From Trichinella spiralis (taxonomy: Eukaryota), in contig NW_003526948.1 of the NCBI RefSeq assembly GCF_000181795.1, positions 1,315,444 to 1,379,443 of the forward strand: a stretch of DNA of 64,000 bases. Direction: 5' to 3'. The position numbers and the translations under genes were made by a program. This document shows positions 28,401-41,600 of this stretch, piece by piece. Below the pieces are notes generated by a model, which worked only from the letters and a program-made list of their open reading frames with translations, was not told where the DNA came from and searched no databases. How positions within the stretch are numbered: the first letter of the stretch is position 1; the number at the start of each line of letters is the position of its first letter.

Positions 28401-29336
28401 TTCTTTTTTGATATTGATAAATGAGAAATTGCACCAGAACATTAGCCGAAAAATTTTTTCCCCGTTTATTTTTGACAAATGGTTCTCCCCCCCCTCCCCT
28501 GTAGCGGAACATCTCATGTTATTTGCTTTAAAAATTACTTCCACAGGAAGGAACTTAAAAGCTTTTCGATTTTGAAAAGTTTAACCGTCGTGTCTGTATG
28601 CTTTGGACTGATGCCGCATTTTATCCAATTAACAGCATCTAATGAGTTTTGACTAGCACTGATTTGGTCTAATCTGACGACACAAATAAGTAATACTGGT
28701 GATCTTGGCACACACGCACATACACACACAGCTGGATGATATTGCTTTAAATCTTTCAAGCAGATTTTTCCTTTCATCCAATGCTTTAAACTTTTCCAAT
28801 AAATGATGCTTGTGTGTGTACGTGTGTGTGTGTGTGTGTGTGTGTGTTTTATAACAGGAAAAAAGGAAAAACAGCAGGATATAACATTCAACTAGCTCCC
28901 CACTGCGCAGCTAGGCGGAGCATTTAATTCGTCGCTTTTCTTCAGAATTATTCACTTTGTTTTTCAAGAACTTACAAAATAGCCGAATACAGTTTTTCAT
29001 TTTTAAAACGTATGTATTTTTCGACTTTTTAAATCATAATTATGCATAAACTAAACAAACAAACAAACACACAAGCACATCGACATTTATGTGTATTGTT
29101 TTATGATTTTGTAAAATTTATCTGACGATGTCTAGTTTTTATTGATGATGAGATCTAAGTCTTAATGATTGATCGCTTGGTATGTTGTTATTTTAATTTT
29201 TAATATAAAATATGCATGTATGTGCAGAGCAGAAAACAATGAATGACCGAGTGAAATGTTGATTTTCATTGTTTTTTCCCTTATTTTGGCTATGAAAAGG
29301 TTTGCTTTTAATTTAACATTTAGATAAGCAATTCAA

Positions 29337-32300
29337 ATGTTTTCCGATGGTTCGACAAAGCTGTCTGTCACTTCGAACCGCCATGACAGATCACGTAACA
29401 TGTATTCAAAAGAGAAGCGATCAAAAATATTTCGAGATCGTAACGCAAAGCCTTGTTGCCTTTGTTGGTGCTGCTGTTTTTCATGTTCGTGGTAAGCATG
29501 CATATTCAATTATTTATTTATGCAAATCATAGAAACACACCCGTGTTATTACAAGTCGATCAGACGGTGGGATTTTTGCATTGCCTTGCAATTAGCCGAT
29601 TCGTCAGTGTTAAAAACTAATTCAAAATTTATTGCAAATAGCATCCTCTCTCCGAGTCAAGTAATTTCAGTGCAACAATTTCATGCAATTAATACGAACG
29701 GTAATTTCTCAATCAACAGCCAAATATTGTTGTATAAATGAATTCCATTCAATCATTCCTTTTTCTAAATAAATAATATGATAATAAATTTCAAATATAA
29801 GATAATTTCTTTTATTATTTTTTAATAAAATACTCATTATTTATTTGCACATATGAACAAAGATCACGTAATATGCAATTGCAAATTTATTGATTCTGCT
29901 TTTATCGACTTGATTGAATCGACTTTTTCCAAATAAATTGAAATTTTTACTTTATTGCACTCAAAGGTGCAACCGTTTTACACCGTTACAAAATTAAATA
30001 TCTTTTATTTATCAAATTTCAAAGCTGATCAGAAAAGCTGATTTCACTACTTGGCAAAAAAAATCAGCTTTCTAAAATCTAAATGATGCTTAATAAACTT
30101 ATTTGACAAGCCTATCTAAAAACATATATCTCTGTTTAGCACTATTTCTAAGCTTTGAATATACACAAATGGCCTGAATGATGGTCTGTTTATCAAATGG
30201 CAGTTCACGCTGTATTTCAAATTTATTATTAATCTATAAGTAAATAAAGTGTATCTTTCTTTATTTGCATTGAATGAAAAAAAATAAAATGCATGTTTTA
30301 TTGAAGTTGAAGTGTAATTTTTAATTTATTTATTCATAAAGTTTTAGATAAATTTTAATTTTTCTCATCTACTGAAAGGTATGTGTTCAACATGCTTTAT
30401 TACGATACACAAAGTGTAAATGTAAATTAATTGCATTTGTAATTTGCAAGCATCGATAGTTATGAAAAAATGTAATTATTTTAATGAAATTATTTTTCAT
30501 TATCAGTCTATTCTCTTCAAGTGATATATGTCCTGGTTAGGTAGTCTAGCAATTTTATAACTTGTTGCTGATGTAACTGACAATCGATTTACCACCAAAT
30601 GGCATTTACCGCTGAGCATTAGTCATGCTGTAACTGTGGATAATTTGTCTTCTCTTCAATTTTGCAATGTGTTGTTATGGGTATTTTTTTTTCTTTTTTA
30701 AATTAAAAATAGTGCATTTTGATTTTATTGACTTCGTCATTTGTTATAATTTGCTGATCAATTCCTACAATAGATTTTTCTTGTCTCCACGTTTTGTTTC
30801 ATGAAGCGCGTGATTCATTAATTATTGGGCATTGTTGTTGTGAATCCTCTGTATTGATCAAATTGCCAATGTCACTCATCACCTGCTTACTATCTTACAT
30901 GTAGTTAAGGTTTATTCTACTCCTACTTTGTTATTGATTATGTGCATATTGATAGCTGTTTTATGCTTTTCATAGTGATGAAGAATTAGTAAAGTGTATT
31001 TTATTTTAGGTCACTGCAAAGATTTTCAAGTAAATATTTAAAATCATTTCATCTGATATGAGATATTTGTTTTAGCTTATCCATGCAGCAGGAACAGCCC
31101 AACGTCCAAAATTCTAGTGTTCCAATGAAGCAACGTGAAGAAAGGTAAACGCTGTTGCATTTTATCAAATTTGACAATATGTGACTTAAATTACAAGAAA
31201 CGATCAAATCCATTAATTAATTATTGCTACTTTGATCTAATTTCTTTACCATACTGACATTATATTAGTTTTCATGAGTCATCAGTGTGATTTTTTGTAC
31301 TTATTATTAATAGTAGTAGTACGTTTATTTGTTAATGCTTGAAATCAGAGCAGATATTAATGGTAACGTTAATCAATTAATTAATTATACAATACATTAA
31401 TTCATGTTTGGTCATTATACAACTGAATACTTTTCATTTGATCAAGTAGCACAGAAATGTAGCATTAAAAATCTATGCTATTTTTGTTTTGCTTCCAGTA
31501 GAAATGATTTCCAGAAGTTTTCTGTATTGTAGTTTTATATTGTACTGTTTGTAAAAAGTAAGATATTCATTCTTTTTTAGTTAATATTAAAAAGTTAGAA
31601 ACTTTTTAAATAGAACTGTTTAAATATTTTATTTTATCAAACTTTTTTATGATAGTTGTAGAAAATTTCAGCATTATTCAAGTCAACTGTTAATTTTATT
31701 TATTACGTAAGCAAAGATTTATTACATTTTATCAGAAGTGACTTCTAACATTTTGTTTTCAGAATAACCATGATGAGCAGTTTCAAAATGGTGTATTTAA
31801 TGCAGTTTGTTTCACGCAAATATATATATATATATATATATATTAAGAATAGAAATTATCCTTTTTCCACTTTACTTTCTATAGCAAAATGCAACCAGGT
31901 AGTAAAATTATAAGTTGCAGGCGTGCGTGTTGATTATAAAACTTAAATGAGGATTCCAAAATAGCACAAGCACAACTCTCAAATGTGGTAATTGTTATTG
32001 TACCTTAACAAGTTTATATCTGTCAAAGGATAAATTTTTATCAATATCTAACAATTTTAGTCGTGAATAGTTGTACAACTTATGCGAAACTTATTTCTAC
32101 TGGCGTTTTGGTGATATTTGAATTTTATGCGTTAATTTTAGACCAACTTACGAAGATGTGAAACGATGGAGTACCTCATTCGATTGCTTAATGAATCATC
32201 CAGGTTTGGATAAATTTTGCTTTTCTTCTTTTATACGGTCATGTTTTATTGTGAGTATTTGCATTTGCAGTTGGTCAAAAGATGTTTGCTGATTTTTTGA

Positions 32301-32837
32301 AAAGCGAATTCAGTGATGAGAACATTTTATTTTGGCAAGCTTGTGAAGATTTGAAAAAAGAGAAAAACAGTGAAAAAATAGAAGAAAAGGCTCGGATAAT
32401 TTATGAGGATTTTGTATCTATACTTTCGCCCAAAGAAGTAAGCTAATACTTACGGTGTAGTTTTCATTTTGAATTAATTAAACTAATTTATTATGCAGTA
32501 TTTCATGGATTATTTATTCAACAACTTTACTATTTAATAGTTCTATGCACAGTTTTCTGTTTCAACTGCATTGAACAAACAGTATTTAGTTTCTGGTTTT
32601 TCTTTATCAATATTTATCGCGTTGTTATTATAATTACTGAGGTTTTGCTTTCAGGTTAGCCTTGATTCTCGAGTTCGGGAAATTGTAAACAGTAACATGG
32701 TTCGCCCCAATGCTCACACATTTGATGAAGCTCAAGCTCAGATATTTACTCTAATGCAAAGAGATTCATATCCTCGGTTCATTGGATCTGAATTTTTCAA
32801 AAACTTTACAAGCACATTTGTTGAAAGCGAATCGTAA
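29337..32837 (+). CDS. rgs-1: Regulator of G-protein signalling, RZ/A subfamily (rgs-1/rgs-2; RGS17/19/20-like) with N-terminal cysteine string (~211 aa)
   Basis: Exons 29337-29491, 31076-31144, 32142-32203, 32271-32437, 32655-32837 total 636 nt. The cysteine string PCCLCWCCCFSCSC precedes the RGS box PTYEDVKRWSTSFDCLM..FLKSEFSDENILFWQACEDLK..ILSPKEVSLDSRVRE..FDEAQAQIFTLMQRDSYPRF. An in-frame TAA lies just upstream of the ATG. rgs-1 and rgs-2 cannot be distinguished. Confidence 0.9.
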
Positions 32838-35800
32838 ACTGAAATTTATCATGTGCAAAAACCCGTGTGTTGTTCACAACTGAAAGTTAGGTCTCTTAAT
32901 AAGCATACCACTGCCACGTCGCGTTTACTCGTGTTTTCTTTTTACAAAAATGGCAAAAAATATTTGTTCTAACGAAAAAAACGTTCAGTTGGAGCATGAC
33001 TGTCTTTCTGAACACATGCAAACGAAAACATGCGACTGGATTGTTGAAATCTTTTCGTGAAAATTTCTCTGTATTATCCCTTTATTTTGATGAATAATTT
33101 TTTTATTTAGTTGTATTAAAATTATTCATCATATATGACGTAAACAGTTTGTAATAAACAATGCAGTGTGTATGAATTTCTATATACACTGAAAAATGAG
33201 AAATTCTGTGAAATTGATAATTATTCCATGCGGTGTGCACGCTGTGCGTCACTCATCGATACACTTCACTTATTGCGAAGTGAAGCACTATTAAGACAGA
33301 AGAAGCACGTTGCACGGACTTTGAAATGCAAAACTTTTTTTATTCATCGCTATTAAGAAAAAAATTTTTTATAATGAATTGATGTCTATGCTGGACGTTT
33401 AATTTCAGTTGTTCATTTAGTTGCATACATGAAATAGGCAATAGTAAATTATATAATGCATTCTGCTTCAAATTCATTACATTTGCTTTAATTAAATAAT
33501 AACATTTTCAAGTATAGAAATAATTTTAACTTGATCATCAAATGTATTTTTAATACTGTAAGCTTGGTAGATAAAACTGTAAAGCGTTACTTGTTTACTG
33601 TTACTACTTCGGTAAAACATTAGGCAATGTGGTTAATGATAGCATAACAACATTAAATGTGAACTAAAAATAAGTTTCGAAGGAAATTTTTAGTTCAAGT
33701 TGAATCATGTGCATGCAAAAGTTGCTTAAAACACAAGCTTTTAAACTGGTAATGCGAAACTAGAAGGGTGTTTTCAAATTTACAATTTTAAATTATTTTA
33801 TCTTATTTTCAATGAATTCGGAACTATCGTTATAAAATAAAAATATAAAAATAAAAAAAAGTGTACTGTATAACAGTAAAAAAATAATGTACAAATAGAA
33901 TAAGCTACAGTAGTATAAAATTTTGAATTTTTAATAATTTACTCACATATTATTGAAAAGTAAATTTTAAATGTAAAATTTATTTTTGTATTATTTTCCA
34001 GAAATGTTTTTAAAGCTAAATAGTTTTGTACAATTTTTTCAAAGTCAGCTTTACTGTTTACAGTAATTATTTTTTCAAATTCAAAACAGTTTCTGTATTT
34101 TTAATGGTATTATTACGAAGATTTATAATTAATGAAGAAATAGCAGTGAGTAAATTTTGAATTTTATAAAATGTTTAAGAAATAAAATCAGTATAAATTT
34201 GAAAATGAAGATAAGCTCTTATTTTTTGAAATGTCGCGATGTACCAGTATATGTGATTGTTTCGAAACATTAATTAAGACGTGCTAATTAAAAGGACACT
34301 GAAACATTTTTACTCTAACTGAAAATTAAATTTACTAGCCAAATTGGAATCACTTTATCCATGTTTGAATTTTATTGTGCGCGTGTGTGCTTTAATGAAC
34401 TGAAATATCTATCATTGAATTAGGCATCAAGTATAGCACTGTTGATCACTTGTGATGGTATTTAAGCATGTTTTGATTTTTTAGGCAGTTTTGCTATTTG
34501 AAATACGTTTTTCGATACTATAAAATACACAGTCAAATATTTTACTTTATAATTATTATTGCAAAAGTAATTTTTTAACTTTTTATGTACATTGAAGATA
34601 TAAAATGATCATTCACTTGTACTGTAGAATGATTTTTTCATTCGGTAATAATTATTATCCATCCATAGATATCACTTTTAGTTTTTAATAATATTTAAAC
34701 GGTTTTAGTTGTTGCTTGCTAAGAACAAATAATATGAACGAAATTTTCGATTACTTTGTTGTTTATTGTTTCAACAAGAAATTTTTGAGTAATACTTTAA
34801 ATTAGATTACTTAATAAATGTATGTAATTATGAATTTAATTTGTGAACATTCACTACGAGCAAGAATAAAGCGTCGTTATTATGATTTTTTATTAAACGT
34901 CGTATATATGATAAATGCATTAAATAATAAAACTATATAGATCTTGTCGTTGTCGTCGTTGTTGTTGTTTATTTCATAATGATCTGCCAAGTTTCCAGAA
35001 GACTACACTACACTGAAAAATATTCTCATTACTAATTGCGACGCATTTATTCAAAATTTAGAGTCCGCATGAAACTGTAACTTGATTACATCAATCAAAA
35101 GATTGCAGCCAACGTGAAGCTGAATATCAGCAGTGTGGAATCTGATTGGCAAGCAATTCGGTTTGGTCCTTCAGCTGAATGATGATTCCAGCACGCTGAG
35201 TTATTTCGAATAAACACATTTATGACATTCTTTCAAAGAATGGTGAATCGAAATGACATATGAATAAATATATGCCAAACTACGGCAGTTGCAATGCGTA
35301 TTTGCATAATAAAGCCAGAAAATAAAGAATAAAAACGTAGCTTGAATTACTTAAATTTAATAGCATTTCATTTTCAAATATTTAAGGCGCAGTTGTTGAT
35401 ATTGACGATACATTTATGCAAATTTAAACGCAGTAGTTCAGCAGTAAATTATATATTAAGATAATTTAAGTTGTAAACCTTGTCAAGTCGTTATTTCATT
35501 TGAGAATGTTCAAGATTATAAAGTTATGTAAGTAAGTGCTTTGCAGTTTAAACAATTTGAGGATGATTTCAGTGTATTAATTATGCACAGAATATTTATT
35601 GAATTTGGAATGGGTACTTTTGTTTGTCAGTTTATATAACAAAAACTGTCTGTAGCATTGATGAGATAAAATCATGCACTTAAAAATAGCCGAAACTGCA
35701 CAATTAAACTTTGAAAGCTGTGTACATTTTAAATTAATTTCATTAATTTTACCGAAGCAATGAAGGTTGGCCATTCTTTGTTTTTGAGAATTATAGAATT

Positions 35801-37595
35801 TTTTAACTACGTTTATTTCGCAAATGTAAACTTTTAAAGTTTATCCAAACGAATTAGTGATTTCTTTTTTAAGTTTCACCCATACAAATGCTAAAAGCAT
35901 TTTTTCAATCATTAACGCTGCCCACATTCCGCATGCCATTGTTCTTAATTAAATCAGTCAAGTTTACAAAAAATGGCTAATCTGTTATAATTATAACTTG
36001 CAAAGGCATTCTTGTTCAACTTGTTAAATGCCTAGCTGAATTAGGTTTATATCCATTATCAGAGGTGATTGATTGTCAGCAAGAAGAAATTTCATGCACA
36101 AAATATTTCATTTTCTGCGTAGTAAATCTTTCCATAGTGACTTTTTAGAAAACTTTAAAATTGTCAGTTTATAATTTTACTTATATTTCCACATTGGACG
36201 TTTTGATTTTTAACTGAACAGTTGATACATTCATAAATTAAACAAAGAGGCATCGCAGAGCTGATATATGCATATTTATTTATTTATTCAAATTTAACTA
36301 AAGTTAACATCCTGCAAAGTAAACATGCAGTTACAGAGATTTTAATTACTGTAAAATTGACATAAACTATTTTTCAGGTTTGAATATTACAAAAGGGTAA
36401 AGTTATGTTTAATTAATATAGTTTAATATTGGTAATGCATTAGTGAATTGTATAATAAAGTGAAATCTTTTTTGAATAGTCGAGTAATATTATGGAATGT
36501 TATAACAATACCATGCATTGCGAAAAAATGTTCAATGCAGAGATTTTGTAAAATGGTACTTAATAGCTTTCAACTGTAGGATCTATTCACTGATATGATT
36601 AAGCAGCGTTCTGAGGAACAACGTATAAATGCATTACAAAGAAGCGCTGTCATTTATTTCTTTATAACTAAAATCTGCCTAATGGTGCGCGACTGAATGA
36701 CACTGCCTTTTAACCAATGAGTGCAGACTAATGGATTTGTTGTCAGAGGCATTTATTCCATTTTCTCAGATAAGAAAAGTAGAGAACACTTCAGCTCACC
36801 GTTAATAAAATTAAAGAGAATTTAATAAAAATTTATATTGAATTTTAGTTTCAGAAAAAGAAAAAGAAAAACATTTCACACTCATGATGTAGAAATTAGC
36901 AAGCATTGAACAGATATCTGAACTGTTATAAACAAACTGTTGTTGATGATTTTTATCAGAATATATTTTTTTTGAACTAAGTGCGCATTCACAAACGAAA
37001 GTTTTACGCTTCACTTCCCTATCTTGATTTTACACTTGAATCACAAAAACGCATTAGCTGTTTGCAATGGAGGATTGGAGAGGACGGTTTTTCTACATTG
37101 CCATTCATTCCTATTGGTCTTATTCGTGTTAACTCAACAATATACGTTGCTGTTTGTACTGGTTCAGCTGAAATTTGCGGACTTATAAACAAAATTGAAC
37201 ACAATAATTAATTTCGTTCCTGTTTAATATTTGTGTGTTGTTTCCAATAAATTTTTTTCATAATCTGATGGCTATTTATTCTTATTTTATAGTTTCCCTT
37301 TTTTTTCTTTTCTTTGGTCTGTTATAATTGAAAATATAACAATACTGCCCATGTAGAACAATGATTTAGTTTACAAAACAAGCAAAATCAGCTTTTTATA
37401 ATAGAGATGAGAGTTTTGATAGCATTTTAATTACCTCTTGGCTATTCACTTATCTCTGTTTTACAATGCAAAGTGAGCGTACAATGAAACAACGCAAACT
37501 ATGAAGAAACCATTGCTCAAAAATAAAATGCGCAATATTTTTTCTTCTTAACAACAGAAATGTAAAATCCATACGTGCACATATTTCTTTTGTTT

Positions 37596-37630
<35 letters not shown>

Positions 37631-38666
37631 TTTGCTAGTTGTTATTGGTAATCGGGATTTTTGCACCAATACTTGCTTGCAGTGTTTATTATAGACAACC
37701 TTTTAAATAGCTTCATGTTGTAGGCTGCGATTTATTTATTTCTTTTATTTCTTTTTTTTAACAGGTGAACATTACCACAGAACGTTTAATTGGAAATAAG
37801 TTGAAGATTGATTTTATTTTATTGATTGGCTGAACAGAGCCGAACGGGATTGGCTGAAAATGCGAAATTGATTTAGCCGCCTGAATTAGCCTACAACCCA
37901 AATGTCAACAGACGTGAACGCGCTGCTATGCCATGGCCGCATACGTATATTTTGCATTCTTATTAACTTTATGAATCGCGTAATCAAGACGTAGTTGTAG
38001 TTGGCAACACATGGAAAATGTGTGTTCTTTGGAGTTGAAATTTATTTGCTTAAAATTACAAACAAATGGTCATCTGAATTGACGTGCATTGGCAAAATCA
38101 AACACCCACGGAAATCGCCCAATTCCAAAATTGGAAAGTAAGTGAGTGGTGGAATTTTATTTTTTCTTTAAACTTAAATTATTTAATTTATTACTAGAGG
38201 GATTTTATTTGATTTGTTCTTTTTTTGTTATAATATGTGTAAACAGACGGACAGTATATATCAAGTGAAGTGAAGTGAAGCGAAGTGAATGAAGTGAAGA
38301 GTAGGAAGGAGGTATGGTAAGATAAAAAGTGAGGTGGAGATTAAAGTGAATAACGTCATTCATTTGAACACCCTAACAAGTGCTAAGGTTTGAAAGAAGT
38401 TGTGTAAACATAATGCGGGGCATCTGCTTCTGTTGATGAAAACTGACATTTGTCCTGAGATGTTGATCGATTTCACCTTGCAAAGTTACTAATTAGCATC
38501 TGCACGGTCTGTTGGGTTAACTTTTGTTACTTGACACTATATTGCACCTCCTTCTTTATTGCATTCCAACGCCTCAAGTAATATATACACCTTCGATCGA
38601 TGGGTTTTTATGAATAGGCTGAATTCGATGTTGAATGTATTTCAAGCATAGCAGATCGAAGAGACG

Positions 38667-41600
38667 ATGAAACCGACGACCGTCGACAAATTTCCCTCAA
38701 CCGACTATGGTAAAATTTATGGTCGCTTTTTGTTGACGATCAGCTTGCTGTCCATGTGGCTCAATTTCACGCTCAGTCATCCAAGAGACAGGTGAGTGGA
38801 TTTTTTTTTACTTTTCACTTTTCTTTCAACTTAAGCCACTACCAACCCCCGTCGTGTGCCGGAATTATCGTTTGAATTTATATTTATTTTTAAAAAATAT
38901 ATCCAACCGGAACTTGTTCAAAACAACGGGATTTCCTGCATTTTTGATCTTGGAAAAAGAAAATTCTTTTTGCTTTCTTCACTCAGCTTCTCCTTCTTCT
39001 TTTTCTTTTTCTTTTGCTTTTGTTTGCTAATATGCAAATTATGGAAATTGAAATTCTCTCACGGTAGAATGATTTGAAAATTTCTCTTCGCCTTCTTTTT
39101 AAACGAAATATTTAGCCTCAAATTGAGTTCGTGAATTTGTAGTGAATCAACTTCAAATTATTTAACATCATAATGCATCGACAGTTGTGTTTTGAAAAAA
39201 AAACTTATTAAGAATTTAAATAATACGTGTGTTTTTCTCACATCAAAAAGTAAAAGCTGTTGTTATCGGTTCTTATGGGGAAACGCGAAAAGGCAAATAA
39301 ATCTTTCAACATTTTTAATGTAATGCGAACAGCCAGCTCAAGCATGAGCAAATAAGGTTGTGCAGCTAATTGATAAATTGAATCTGATAAATGCTAGAGT
39401 TTTGTTCCAAAACGGAGTCTGAGCTTGCTTTAGTGACATTTTTTCAAATTCAACTTGTAAAAAACATGCTACAAATGGACGTTCAAATCAAACCACTACA
39501 ATCATAATTCAGACGTTAATTTTGCAATTTGTCTTTCGCAAAATAAATACTTAATTAGTTCGTTTGCATTAATTTTAAAAATAAAAATTCCAATGTGGTA
39601 GTTTCGTTATCAATGTTCAAAATTTCAACTGCAACAAGCGTAATTGCATTTGATTAATCCATTCGGATTTTTGGAATTTTCTCCCTCTCTCTCTCTCCCT
39701 CTCCGCCCCCCCCCTCTGCCCCTTCTCTCTTTTCAGAAAAAATTTCTTTGCACCGCACTCAGCAAATACGTGAAAAGTCATGTATTATTTGTCTGTGCAC
39801 GAATTTTACCAAAACTTGATCATAGCAGTTTTTATAATCTTATATTTAAAAAAAGGAAAAATACTTTTCATTTGAAATCAAAGTGAGAGTGGAAATTACA
39901 TTGATCATCTGAATTGAAATCTTCCAAAACTGATCAATCAATCAGTCAATTTGTAATTTTCAAATTAAGCATTCATAATCACTTCCAATTTTAATTTTGC
40001 ATTTATTTTCAAAATATTCTGAATTTTGATCGATTATTTTTCTTTTTTCTTTTCTTTTCTTTTACATGCTTTTATTTTTTGATCGATTTTTGCAAGTATT
40101 TATTTGATGATAATTTTTGCAAGATTTTGTAAGCATTCAGAAGTAACAGGGAAGTTCAGCTTTTATCATTCAGTATGCAATTGAATGCAATAATAAAGAA
40201 TGTTTCATCCAACCGTGGATCGTTTTTTTGTTTTTTAATTATTACAATCACGAAGCTGTTGTGTATTAGTATTTTGGCAATATGAATCTATTTTGCTTTC
40301 TATTATCTAGTGGATGATAATGGTTTCCACGAGACGTGTGTAAAACCAGTGCAACAGCTGAATTTTAATCTGAATTTCAAAATAATCCTTTTTTATCTTT
40401 ACAAAATAGCCAGTGCTGTTTAATGTGGATGCAAAAAAATTATTATTACAGAAGCTTATTTATTTTGCAACTTTGTTATTCACAGCACTGATCAAGTTGT
40501 ATTACTCTTCAATTTACATTAATTATCACATTAGATTGCAAAAATATTAAATTTTGATTAAATTGACTAGGATAAATTGAAGATTTTGTTTACATTTTGC
40601 TATGAAAAACAGACGTCAGCCACACGTTACAAATATTGTCTGTCGTCTTGTCTTCATCAGCTGAGAGAAAGTTTTTAAGCAAAATAAGTATGACGTCAGT
40701 CAAATTTAAAATTCAACGCATAAATACACCTTCATAGAATTGTTAACAATCAATTATTATAATTTATTTTCATTAATTACAATCCTTTAAGTTGATTTTG
40801 TAAGCATTGATTTTGATATTGCATAAAATGATCATTTGCAACTACAGACAAACATTAAGCCAGTTGTTTATAAAGCAGAGTTTTTACTTCATGTTTATTT
40901 TCAATTATTTCTTTATTCAATAGCATTATTTCAGTACGATTTAAAGATAAAAAACAACTATTGGTGTGAAGTTCCATTATTATTATTATTATTAACGTAG
41001 GCTATATGTCAAACAATATAAATCTGCACAACTGAAAGCGGTTTACTTGTTTTTTTAACGCTGCCAAAAATTTTCATCTAAGCAAAGCTTTGATAGAGTG
41101 TATCGTACACACACAGAGCGGTATATGTATTTAAATATAACGAAAAAGATCAAGCTATTAATCGAAGTGGAATGAAAGTTCTCATTTTTAAAAATTAAAT
41201 TAATAGCTTAAACATTTTTAAAATTCAAAAAATTGGAAAAACCAAATAAACGTCACGTTTGCATTGGATATTAGCGGAGCACTTCAAAGTTGCATAAAGT
41301 AACACTTTGCATGCATGTGTTTCAAATATTATATCAAATGCTGTTAAAGTATTGACAAGTGCTTTCACCGTTGAACATATTCATATTTAGAATTGAATGC
41401 TGTAAAAATTTATCTTTGGCAGAAATAGTTTTCTCTGCAAATATTCTATTTTTTTCACTTATAAAATTAGTAAGTTATATGCAACATGAACATGAAGACT
41501 TAGTTTTCAATAGTACAATGCGCAGTGCTTTTTTTATAGCTCATCTGGAAAGCAATGATGTTTCCAATGAGGGAATTTGTTTAATTTTGCTATTGCATTT

